From Bacillota bacterium (GTDB taxonomy: Bacteria > Bacillota > Limnochordia > Darwinibacteriales > Darwinibacteriaceae), in NCBI GenBank assembly GCA_012521335.1, contig JAAYMM010000038.1:4051-68050 (forward strand): 64,000 bases of DNA. The letters are read 5' to 3'. Made by a program: the position numbers and the translations under genes. Under the pieces are notes generated by a model. That model had not been told where the DNA came from and ran no database searches. It worked only from the letters and a program-made list of their open reading frames with translations. This document shows, piece after piece, positions 38,732 through 48,337 of this stretch (positions within the stretch are counted from its first letter, which is position 1; every line of letters begins with the position of its first letter).

Positions 38732-39991
38732 GTGGCAACGAGGGCGGAGCTTCTAATCAAGGGTGGACAAATAGTCACGGCTGCCCACGGGGAGTACCCC
38801 GCTCGGGGAAAGGCTATGCAGAAGTTGGAGGTACTGCATGGCGGCTGGGTTGCCTGCGCGGGTGAGCGAATTATCGCGGTGGGGACCCCGGCTGAGGTGC
38901 AGCAAGAGGTGGAGCTGACTCCCGAGACCCAGGTGATTGATGCTGAGAGCAAGGTGGTCACGCCGGGGCTGGTGGATCCCCACACCCACCTCGTTTTCGG
39001 CGGCAGCAGGGAAGATGAGTTTTACCTCAGGGCCCGCGGCGCCGATTACATGGAGATCATGGCTGCGGGCGGTGGAATCCTCAGCTCGGTGCGGGCCACT
39101 CGGGCCGCCTCCCTAGACGAGCTGGTGGATGCGGGCCGGCAGAGGCTCAGCTGGATGCTGCGCCAGGGTGTAACCACTGTAGAGTGCAAAAGCGGGTACG
39201 GCCTGGATCTGGAAACGGAGCTCAAACAGCTGGAAGCTGTGCGCATCCTGCAAGGGCAGCAGCCTGTGGAACTGGTACCCACATTCCTGGGCGCCCATGC
39301 CTGGCCCCCGGAGTACCAAGGGGATCAGGAAGGTTATCTGAAGTTTCTCCTGGACACGGTGCTCCCGGCAGTCAAGGAGCAGGGCATAGCTGAATATGTG
39401 GATGTGTTTACGGAAAAGGGAGTCTTTTCTGTGGAGCAGAGTCGTAGGATCTTCCAGAGGGCCCAGGAGTTGGGCTTTAAGCTGCGGATCCATGCTGATG
39501 AAATGCACACCCTGGGCGGGGCGGAACTGGCTGCGGAAATGGGTATGGCCAGCGCTGATCACCTGCTCATGGTGTCAGATGAGGGGATCGAAGCCCTGGC
39601 ATCTAGTGAGGTAGTACCCGTCCTCCTTCCAGGCACAGCCTTCAGTCTGCGCAAGCCCTATGCGCCGGCCCGGAAGATGCTGGAGGCGGGCCTACCCTTG
39701 GCCTTGGCCACGGACTTCAACCCCGGTTCCTGTCCCACAGCCAACCTCACGCTGGTCATGTCCCTTGCTTGCCTGTACATGGGCATGACTCCTGAAGAGG
39801 TGTTCAACGCGGTGACCATCAATGCCGCCCATGCGCTGGGCCGCTCGGACCGTGTGGGCAGCTTGGAGCCGGGCAAGCAGGCCGATCTGGTAATCTTCGC
39901 TGTGGATGATTATAAAAAGGTTCCCTATTACATCGGTGTCAATCTGGTAGAGACAGTGGTGAAAGCAGGTCGAGTCGTTGTCAGTAACTGA
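38732..39991 (+). CDS. hutI: imidazolonepropionase
   Basis: amidohydrolase metal-binding His motifs (VDPHTHLVFGG, HADE); GTG 38732 with AGGAGGTG RBS. Confidence 0.9.
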   Translation: MATRAELLIKGGQIVTAAHGEYPARGKAMQKLEVLHGGWVACAGERIIAVGTPAEVQQEVELTPETQVIDAESKVVTPGLVDPHTHLVFGGSREDEFYLRARGADYMEIMAAGGGILSSVRATRAASLDELVDAGRQRLSWMLRQGVTTVECKSGYGLDLETELKQLEAVRILQGQQPVELVPTFLGAHAWPPEYQGDQEGYLKFLLDTVLPAVKEQGIAEYVDVFTEKGVFSVEQSRRIFQRAQELGFKLRIHADEMHTLGGAELAAEMGMASADHLLMVSDEGIEALASSEVVPVLLPGTAFSLRKPYAPARKMLEAGLPLALATDFNPGSCPTANLTLVMSLACLYMGMTPEEVFNAVTINAAHALGRSDRVGSLEPGKQADLVIFAVDDYKKVPYYIGVNLVETVVKAGRVVVSN

Positions 39992-40010
39992 TCGAGAAAA
40001 GGGTGGTATT

Positions 40011-40610
40011 GTGCTTACGGAACTAAAGATCACGGACTTCGCAGCAGAGCTTGGATCGTCCAAACCTGCTCCTGGAGGGGGCAGTGCCTCTGCTCTGGCT
40101 GGGGCTTTGGCCGCTGCACTGACGAAGATGGTGGCGCAGTTGAGTGGTGAGGGATGGGACGGCTTTCTTCCCCAAGCCCAGCGCTTGACCGATCAGCTGC
40201 TGCACTTGGTGAACAAGGATACCCAGGCCTTCAACCAGGTGATGTCTGCCCTGCAGTTACCCAAAGGGACGGACGAAGAGAAGCAGGAAAGACGCAGGGC
40301 GCTGCGCTTGGCCACACGCTTAGCTACGGAGGTACCGCTGCAGGTCATGGAATTTTCGCTGGAGGCTCTAGCTTTGGCTCAAGAAGTGTCGCTAAGGGGG
40401 AACAAGAACTGCCTCAGCGATGCAGGGGTGGCGGCGCTGCTGGCCGCCGCGGCCTGCCGAGGCGCAGCCTACAATGTGCTCATCAACCTGCCTGGCCTTA
40501 AGGGTGATGAGTTTGCATCCTCCGCCCGGGAGAGGATGGAGGAGATCCTGCGGGAGGCGGAGGCTCTGGAGCGGGCCACTGTTGACCATGTGTCCCGGTC
40601 CCTGGGTTGA
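40011..40610 (+). CDS. formiminotetrahydrofolate cyclodeaminase (FtcD C-terminal-type domain)
   Basis: KPAPGGGSASALAGALAAAL signature; start uncertain (TTG 39978 or GTG 40011). Confidence 0.75.
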   Translation: MLTELKITDFAAELGSSKPAPGGGSASALAGALAAALTKMVAQLSGEGWDGFLPQAQRLTDQLLHLVNKDTQAFNQVMSALQLPKGTDEEKQERRRALRLATRLATEVPLQVMEFSLEALALAQEVSLRGNKNCLSDAGVAALLAAAACRGAAYNVLINLPGLKGDEFASSARERMEEILREAEALERATVDHVSRSLG

Positions 40611-40639
40611 CCTTTCCTTTGAGTTTTACTTAGAATTGT

Positions 40640-40668
40640 TTGACAATTGCAGAATAATGTGTTACCAT
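40640..40668 (+). promoter_or_regulatory. sigma-A type promoter
   Basis: perfect TTGACA, 17-nt spacer, TACCAT with upstream TG. Confidence 0.5.
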
Positions 40669-40699
40669 GGGTAGTACCAGCTTCGGAAGGAGGATGCCC

Positions 40700-40894
40700 A
40701 TGGCAGAACAAACCCAAGCGCTTGTGGACCGCCTAGCCCGCCTGGAAGCGCGCCTGGCTTGGCTCGAGGCGAACGCCGTGCCCAGGGCTGAGCTGGACCG
40801 GGTGGTCGCGGAACACCAAAAAGACATCTTGGCTTTGGTGATGCTCATTTCCACCAGAACACGCGAGGGCCGGCGTCTGGACCACCGGCGTTAG
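40700..40894 (+). CDS. small coiled-coil protein (hypothetical)
   Basis: 64 aa, GGAAGGAGG RBS, heptad-like LARLEARLAWLEA. Confidence 0.4.
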   Translation: MAEQTQALVDRLARLEARLAWLEANAVPRAELDRVVAEHQKDILALVMLISTRTREGRRLDHRR

Positions 40895-40930
40895 GGGAAT
40901 ACGGGGACTGCCCAGGGAGGAGGACGCTGC

Positions 40931-41158
40931 ATGGAGATTATGGTTGGCCTGTGGGGGACGCTGCTTGGGCTGGCCAGCGTAGTTCTGCATATTGCCGTGC
41001 CCATTTACCTCTACAATAGGGCCAAAGAAGATGGACTGCCCAAACCTGCGTTGTGGATCTTGTTCGGCCTGTTCGAGCCCATCACAGCCCTGATGATCTA
41101 CTACCTCATCAGGTACCTGCAAGGGAAGCTCGGAAGCTCTGTGCCGAGTGACGTCTAG
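40931..41158 (+). CDS. small 2-TM membrane protein (hypothetical)
   Basis: 75 aa, two hydrophobic helices, GGGAGGAGG RBS. Confidence 0.45.
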   Translation: MEIMVGLWGTLLGLASVVLHIAVPIYLYNRAKEDGLPKPALWILFGLFEPITALMIYYLIRYLQGKLGSSVPSDV

Positions 41159-41172
41159 ACGTGGGTTTAGGC

Positions 41173-41202
41173 TTGACGGTCTCGTCTGGGCTGTGGTAGA
41201 AT
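41173..41202 (+). promoter_or_regulatory. extended -10 promoter for tyrS leader
   Basis: TTGACG, 18-nt spacer, TGgTAGAAT. Confidence 0.55.
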
Positions 41203-41204
41203 CC

Positions 41205-41457
41205 TTACAGTATACTTCGGGGCAATGAAGGAGCGCAGTAGCCGACCATGGGTACTCAGAGACCAGGCTGGGTGGTGCGAAGCCTGGAGAACATGGTGGT
41301 AGGGCAGTGCTCTACCTGGTGAATTACACTCTGGAGCTTGGGCAGGAGACTGCTCCGGCCGCCATCCGTTACCATGGCTCAGAGGCACGCTCACGGCGTG
41401 TGAATTAAGGTGGTACCACGGGTTCTCTCGTCCTTAGGATGGAGAGAACCTTTTGTT
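41205..41457 (+). promoter_or_regulatory. T-box riboswitch leader (tyrosine-specific by context) with intrinsic terminator
   Basis: conserved T-box sequence AATTAAGGTGGTACCACGG (41403-41421); terminator GGTTCTCTC...GAGAGAACC + TTTTGTT (41421-41457); directly upstream of tyrS. Confidence 0.85.
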
Positions 41458-41475
41458 ATTGGAGGAGGGGTTTCC

Positions 41476-42702
41476 ATGAAGCATGTATTGGATGTTTTGG
41501 AAGAACGGGGCTATGTGGAGCAGATTACCCACCGCGAAGAGCTGAGGGAGCTTTTGGGCAAGGAGCAAGTCACATTCTACATCGGTTTCGATGCCACCGC
41601 CCCCAGCCTCACCTTGGGGCATCTGATCCCCATCATGACCGCCCTGCATCTCTACCGAGCAGGGCACCGCCCCATCATGGTTATGGGCGGGGGCACAACC
41701 ATGATTGGTGACCCGTCGGGCAAAAGCGAAATGCGGCAGCTGCTCCAGCCGGAAACCATTGCGGCAAATGTGGAGCGTTTCCGCAGCCAGTTTTCCCGTT
41801 TCTTCAACTTCGAAGATGGCTCAGCGCTTCTGGTGAACAATGCCGAGTGGCTGCTGGACCTGAACTTTATGCAGTTCGTGCGGGAGATCGGCAGGCATTT
41901 CTCAGTTAACCGCATGCTCACTATGGAAGCCTATAAATCGCGTTTGGAGGCTGGACTCACCTTCCTGGAGTTCAGTTACCTGCTGATCCAGTCCTACGAC
42001 TTCCTGGAATTGTTCCGCCGCTACAACTGCCGGCTGCAGGTGGGAGGCAATGACCAGTGGTCCAACATTATCGGCGGCTGCGAGCTGGTGCGCAAGGCCG
42101 ATGGGGAGTCGGTGTACGGGCTTACCTTGACCTTGCTCACCACGGCCGCTGGTGTGAAGATGGGCAAGACTGAGAAGGGCACGGTCTGGCTGGATCCGGA
42201 GCGAACCAGCCCCTATGATTTCTACCAGTATCTGCGCAATGTGGATGATGCGGATGTGGAGAAAATGCTGACCCTGCTCACTTTCCTGCCCTTGGACGAG
42301 GTGCGCAGGCTGGGCAGGTTGGAAGGTGCAGAGATTAACCGGGCCAAAGAAATCTTGGCCTTTGAAGTGACCAAGTTCGTCCACGGAGAAGCGGCAGCGC
42401 AGCAGGCTCAGGCTGCGGCAAGGGCTGTGTTCGGCGGCGAGGGGAGCCATGATAGCATGCCCTCCACCACCATGCCCAAGGAACGCTTTGCCGCAGGACT
42501 GGATATTGTCACCCTGCTCAGCGAGGTTAACCTGGTGAAAAGCCGCAGTGAAGCCCGGCGCCTCATTGACCAGGGAGGGATTACCTTGGGCCAAGAGCGA
42601 GTGGAAAGCATCGATCGCCTGGTCACTGTGGATGATTTCGATGGCAGCGAGCTGATCATCCGCAAAGGCAAAAAGGTCTACCACCGGGTAGTGCTGGAGT
42701 AA
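41476..42702 (+). CDS. tyrS: tyrosine--tRNA ligase
   Basis: class I HIGH (TLGHLIPI) and KMSKS-like (KMGKT) motifs, C-terminal S4 domain. Confidence 0.95.
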   Translation: MKHVLDVLEERGYVEQITHREELRELLGKEQVTFYIGFDATAPSLTLGHLIPIMTALHLYRAGHRPIMVMGGGTTMIGDPSGKSEMRQLLQPETIAANVERFRSQFSRFFNFEDGSALLVNNAEWLLDLNFMQFVREIGRHFSVNRMLTMEAYKSRLEAGLTFLEFSYLLIQSYDFLELFRRYNCRLQVGGNDQWSNIIGGCELVRKADGESVYGLTLTLLTTAAGVKMGKTEKGTVWLDPERTSPYDFYQYLRNVDDADVEKMLTLLTFLPLDEVRRLGRLEGAEINRAKEILAFEVTKFVHGEAAAQQAQAAARAVFGGEGSHDSMPSTTMPKERFAAGLDIVTLLSEVNLVKSRSEARRLIDQGGITLGQERVESIDRLVTVDDFDGSELIIRKGKKVYHRVVLE

Positions 42703-42725
42703 ACAGAGAGATAGCATACGAAGGC

Positions 42726-42754
42726 AAAAAAGCTAGGACCAACCTAGCTTTTTT
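42726..42754 (+). terminator. rho-independent terminator after tyrS
   Basis: AAAAAAGCTAGG-accaa-CCTAGCTTTTTT. Confidence 0.85.
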
Positions 42755-42755
42755 G

Positions 42756-42784
42756 TTGATCTGGAGTTAGTTTTGGACTAGAAT
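42756..42784 (+). promoter_or_regulatory. promoter for marR-ABC exporter operon
   Basis: TTGATC, 17-nt spacer, TAGAAT; overlaps ACTAG/AACTAGTT palindromes. Confidence 0.45.
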
Positions 42785-42818
42785 AGTTTGTGTTGCTAAC
42801 TAGTTGGGAGGGGACGAA

Positions 42819-43298
42819 GTGACCCAGGGAGATCTGGTCTTGGAGTTTATGGAAACCCTGGACAGCCTGAAAACCTGTAGACGGGCCTTTTTCCGCTGTT
42901 CTGCTCCGGTAGGGGGCAGTGCCATGCGTCTGCTCATGCTGCTGCATCACCGGGTGGGCGAGGGAGATCTGGGGCTGCAGCCTTCGGAGCTCGGTGAACT
43001 GCTTCAGCTCACCAGGCCCACCATCACCTCGCTGGTGAACACGCTGGAAGAGCAGGGGTTGGTGGAACGCCTGAGCGGTGATGAGGATCGCCGGGTGGTC
43101 TTTGTTAGGCCGACAGAGCAGGGTGCGGCCGTTGTGCAGCAAGCAAAAGCGGAACTAACTCGGGAGGTCAGAGAGCTCATGGATTACCTCGGCGAGCAGG
43201 ACGGCTATGAACTGCTGCGGATTCTACGGCGCATGCGCTCCTATCTGCAGGAGAGAGAAATGAGGCAGGAAGGGAAGCAGGAATCATGTGGAAATTGA
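42819..43298 (+). CDS. MarR family transcriptional regulator
   Basis: winged helix-turn-helix (LQLTRPTITSLVNTLEEQGLVERL...DRRVVFV); stop overlaps next start. Confidence 0.8.
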   Translation: MTQGDLVLEFMETLDSLKTCRRAFFRCSAPVGGSAMRLLMLLHHRVGEGDLGLQPSELGELLQLTRPTITSLVNTLEEQGLVERLSGDEDRRVVFVRPTEQGAAVVQQAKAELTREVRELMDYLGEQDGYELLRILRRMRSYLQEREMRQEGKQESCGN

Positions 43299-45013
43299 AG
43301 GAGTACCTCAGACCCTATCTACTCACTGTGTTTGTCGTCTCGGGTCTGGTTTTTCTGGAAGTAATGTCCACGCTGCGGCTGCCGGATCTGATGAGCCGCA
43401 TTGTGGATCAGGGCATAGCCAGGGGAAACATCAGCCTGATCTGGCGCACCGGAGCCGTGATGCTGTTGGTGGCCCTGGCTGGAGTAGTCTGTTCCCTGGT
43501 GGGCAGCTATCTGGCCTCCCGGGCTTCGGGTAAGTTCGGCCGCGATCTGCGTTTGGCCATCTTCCAGCGGGTGGGGGCGTTTGCCCCCCGAGACTTCGAC
43601 CAGTTCGGCACGGCTTCTTTGATTACCAGGACGACCAATGACGTGCAGCAGGTGCAGCAGGTGTTCCACATGAGCATGCGCATGGCCATGCGGGCACCGC
43701 TCATGGCCATCGGCGGAGTGCTCATGGTTGTACGCAAAGATGCCCAACTGGCTCTGATCCTGCTGACGTTGATTCCTCTTATGGCGGCGCTGGTAGCCTT
43801 GGTCATCGCCAAGGGTGTGCCCTTGTTCAGAAGCCTCCAGGAGAAACTGGACCGCCTGAATCTGGTGGTGCGGGAACAGCTCATGGGTGTGAGGGTGATC
43901 CGGGCCTTTAATCGGGAAGCAGATGAAAGGGAACGCTTCGCTGAAGCCAACCGCGATCTCACTGCTACTGCCCTCAGGGTAAGCCGGCTGATGATCACCC
44001 TGATGCCCCTCTTGGGCTTGTTGATCAACGTGACCAATATCGTGATCATCTGGTTCGGAGCCAGGCGCATCGATGCGGGCCTGATGGAAGTGGGTAATCT
44101 CATGGCCTTTCTGCAGTACACCATGCAGACCTTCATGGCGGTGATGATGCTTTCCATGATCTTTGTCAATCTGCCCAGGGCCTCAGCATCGGCGCAGCGC
44201 ATCGCGGAGGTGCTGCGTACCGAGCCTTCGATTAAGGATCCTGCGGCCCCTCAGGCAGCGGAGCTGCCGCAGGGCGTGGTCCGCTTTGAACAGGTTACCT
44301 TTGCTTACCCGGGAGCGGAAAAGCCTGTGGTGAGCGACATCAGCTTTACGGCCCAGCCCGGACAAGTTACGGCCTTGATCGGGGGGACAGGATCGGGAAA
44401 ATCCACAATCTTGGAACTACTGCTCCGCTTCCACGATCCCGATTCTGGCCGAATCACGGTGGATGGTGTGGATATCCGCCAGCTGACTCAGAGGGATCTG
44501 CGGTCGCGCATGGGGTATGTGCCTCAACAGGCTGTGCTCTTTTCTGGTACTGTGGAGTCCAATATCAGAAATGGCAAACGAGGGGCCACCGACGAAGAGG
44601 TGAGGGAGGCGGCGCGCATTGCTCAGGCCCTGGATTTTATTGCCGAGCGGGAAGACGGTTTTGCCAGCGAGGTGGCCCAAGGCGGGGCCAATCTCTCCGG
44701 CGGCCAGAAACAGAGGCTGTCCATTGCCCGAGCGTTGGTCCGCAGACCGCAAATCTACCTGTTGGATGATTCCTTCTCTGCCCTGGACTACAAAACCGAT
44801 GCCAGGCTCCGCCAGGAGCTGGCCCAGGCGGCCAAGGAGGCAACGGTCATAGTTGTGGCCCAGCGGGTGAGCACCATTATGCATGCTGATCAGATTTTGG
44901 TCCTGGAAGCGGGGAGGATCGTGGGGCAGGGTACCCATGAGGAACTGCTTCAGGGGTGCCGTGTGTACCAGGAGATCGTCGCTTCCCAGTTTGGAGAGGA
45001 GGCCGCATCATGA
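43286..45013 (+). CDS. ABC transporter ATP-binding/permease protein (exporter half, subunit A)
   Basis: 6-TM domain + ATP-binding domain with Walker A GGTGSGKST, signature LSGGQKQR, Walker B LLDDSFSALD. Confidence 0.9.
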   Translation: MWKLKEYLRPYLLTVFVVSGLVFLEVMSTLRLPDLMSRIVDQGIARGNISLIWRTGAVMLLVALAGVVCSLVGSYLASRASGKFGRDLRLAIFQRVGAFAPRDFDQFGTASLITRTTNDVQQVQQVFHMSMRMAMRAPLMAIGGVLMVVRKDAQLALILLTLIPLMAALVALVIAKGVPLFRSLQEKLDRLNLVVREQLMGVRVIRAFNREADERERFAEANRDLTATALRVSRLMITLMPLLGLLINVTNIVIIWFGARRIDAGLMEVGNLMAFLQYTMQTFMAVMMLSMIFVNLPRASASAQRIAEVLRTEPSIKDPAAPQAAELPQGVVRFEQVTFAYPGAEKPVVSDISFTAQPGQVTALIGGTGSGKSTILELLLRFHDPDSGRITVDGVDIRQLTQRDLRSRMGYVPQQAVLFSGTVESNIRNGKRGATDEEVREAARIAQALDFIAEREDGFASEVAQGGANLSGGQKQRLSIARALVRRPQIYLLDDSFSALDYKTDARLRQELAQAAKEATVIVVAQRVSTIMHADQILVLEAGRIVGQGTHEELLQGCRVYQEIVASQFGEEAAS

Positions 45014-46869
45014 GCAGACCAGCACCAGGTAGGCCGGGTCCTGGACGGGGGGGAGGTTTTGGGCCCCGCGGGATCGGGCGCCCAGTTGAAAAGCCCAAGG
45101 ATTTCAGGGGAACCGTCCGGCGCTTAGGCGGATATCTGCGTCCTCACAAATGGAAACTACTGGTGGTTCTAGCCGCGGTTGTGGCCTCAAACCTCTTTAG
45201 CATTCTCAGCCCCAGAATCATGGGCCAAGCCACCACCATCCTCTTTGATGGGATGATGGGCCGGCTGCAGGGTACCGGCATCGGCGTAGACTTTGCCGCG
45301 ATTGGCCGCATCCTGCTCCTGTTAGGGGTTACCTATGCGGGCAGTACACTGTTCAATTTCATCCAGCAGATCATTATAGTGAGCGTTACTCAGCAGACCG
45401 TCTGCAATCTGCGGGAAGAGGTCAACGGCAAATTGGCCAAGCTGCCCTTGAAGTATTACGACTCCACCGCCCACGGCGACATCCTGAGCAGGGTGACCAA
45501 TGACGTGGACACGGTGAGCCAGAGCATGCAGCAGAGCGTGCTGCAGCTGATCACATCCGTGATCAGTATGGTGGGTGTCACGGTGATGATGCTCAGCATC
45601 AGTCCCATGCTCACTCTGATCACCATGGGCATGCTGCCCCTGAGCATCCTGATCAGTACCTTTATCGCCAAACGTTCACAGCAGTACTTCATGCGTCAGC
45701 AGAACATTCTGGGCCAACTCAACGGCCATGTGGAGGAGGCCTTTACCGGCCACCGCATTGTCAAGGCCTACGGTTTGGAGCAGGAGGTTGCCGCCAGCTT
45801 CAGCCAGATCAACAACGAGCTTTATGACAACGGCTGGAAGGCCCAGTTCGTCTCCGGCACGATTATGCCCCTGATTCGCTTTGTGGGCAACTTGGGCTAT
45901 GTGGTCATCGCCGTAGCGGGGGGACTCTTCGCTGCCCGCGGCGCCATCACCGTAGGCAATGTGCAGGCTTTCATGCAGTACTCCCGCCAGTTTGGCATGC
46001 CCATTACCGAGCTGGCCAGCATTGCCAATGTGCTGCAGTCGGCCGTGGCCGCGGCGGAACGCGTCTTTGAACTTTTGGATGAAGAGGAAGAGCCCGCAGA
46101 TGCCCCAGGGGCTTTGGCCCTGGCCAATCCCCGCGGTGAGATCGAGCTGAGGGGCGTGAATTTCGGATACAGGCCCGAGCAGCTGGTCATCAAAAACCTC
46201 AACCTGCAAGTCTCTCCAGGCCAGCTCATCGCTATTGTGGGGCCCACAGGAGCAGGCAAGACCACCTTGGTGAACCTGCTGATGCGCTTTTACGATGTGA
46301 ACTCCGGGGCCATTTACTTCGACGGGTATGATATCCGTGACATCCAGCGGGGCGCCTTGCGCACCATGTTTGGCATGGTGCTCCAGGATACCTGGCTGTT
46401 TGAGGGCACTATCAGGGATAACATCGCCTACGGCCGGCCAGGGGCCACTGATGCAGAAATCGAGCAGGCGGCCCAAGCAGCCTATGTGGATCACTTTATC
46501 CGCACGCTCCCCCACGGGTATGATACTATCTTAAGGGGAGATGCTTCCGGGATCTCCCAGGGGCAGAGGCAGCTGCTCACCATTGCCCGAGCCATTTTGG
46601 CTGACCCGGTGGTGCTCATTCTCGATGAGGCCACCAGCTCGGTGGATACACGTACTGAACGCTTGATTCAAAAGGCCATGGCCAGGCTCATGGAGGGCCG
46701 CACCAGTTTCGTGATCGCCCACAGGCTGTCCACCATCCTCGATGCTGATCGCATTTTGGTGATCAACGAGGGTGAAATCGTGGAGCAGGGCACCCACGAG
46801 GAACTCATGGCGCTCGGCGGGTTCTACGCTGAGCTGTACAACAGCCAGTTTGTGGCTGCCACAGCTTAA
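45010..46869 (+). CDS. ABC transporter ATP-binding/permease protein (exporter half, subunit B)
   Basis: ATGA overlap with upstream gene; Walker A GPTGAGKTT, signature ISQGQRQL, Walker B LILDEATSSVD. Confidence 0.9.
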   Translation: MSRPAPGRPGPGRGGGFGPRGIGRPVEKPKDFRGTVRRLGGYLRPHKWKLLVVLAAVVASNLFSILSPRIMGQATTILFDGMMGRLQGTGIGVDFAAIGRILLLLGVTYAGSTLFNFIQQIIIVSVTQQTVCNLREEVNGKLAKLPLKYYDSTAHGDILSRVTNDVDTVSQSMQQSVLQLITSVISMVGVTVMMLSISPMLTLITMGMLPLSILISTFIAKRSQQYFMRQQNILGQLNGHVEEAFTGHRIVKAYGLEQEVAASFSQINNELYDNGWKAQFVSGTIMPLIRFVGNLGYVVIAVAGGLFAARGAITVGNVQAFMQYSRQFGMPITELASIANVLQSAVAAAERVFELLDEEEEPADAPGALALANPRGEIELRGVNFGYRPEQLVIKNLNLQVSPGQLIAIVGPTGAGKTTLVNLLMRFYDVNSGAIYFDGYDIRDIQRGALRTMFGMVLQDTWLFEGTIRDNIAYGRPGATDAEIEQAAQAAYVDHFIRTLPHGYDTILRGDASGISQGQRQLLTIARAILADPVVLILDEATSSVDTRTERLIQKAMARLMEGRTSFVIAHRLSTILDADRILVINEGEIVEQGTHEELMALGGFYAELYNSQFVAATA

Positions 46870-47949
<1,080 letters not shown>

Positions 47950-47960
47950 GAGGCAGCCAT

Positions 47961-48242
47961 ATGCTGGTGGGTACCTTGAAAGTAGATGTGTACATCCCGG
48001 GAGCCGCGTCCTTGAAGGATAAGCGGCAGGTAGTCAAGGGTATGATCCAAAAAGTCCAGCACCGGTTCAATGCTTCCATTGCCCAGCTGGACGAAGCGGA
48101 CCTTTGGCAGCGCGCCACCCTGGGCGTTGCGGTTGTGGGCGGCAGTCGGGAACATGTGGAAAGGCAGCTCCAGCTGGTCTTGAACTTCCTTGACGCTGAG
48201 CCCCGCTGGCAGGTGACCCACGTAGAAATGGATTTATACTAA
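47961..48242 (+). CDS. DUF503 (YlxP-like) protein
   Basis: 93 aa; GGAGG RBS 7 nt upstream of ATG. Confidence 0.55.
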   Translation: MLVGTLKVDVYIPGAASLKDKRQVVKGMIQKVQHRFNASIAQLDEADLWQRATLGVAVVGGSREHVERQLQLVLNFLDAEPRWQVTHVEMDLY

Positions 48243-48337
48243 GAGGTTTTTTCTGGTCAATGGGGAAGTGGTATCTTTGGGAAGGAGACCATGTAGTCAT
48301 CATCCGCCCAAAGATGCAGCAAGGAGGTTCATACTGA

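Noticed and set aside
44956-45009. N-terminal extension of the second ABC exporter ORF (ORF track start 44956)
   Set aside because: The ATG at 45010 overlaps the upstream stop (ATGA), as expected for coupled ABC half-transporters. The extension lies inside the first exporter's coding sequence.
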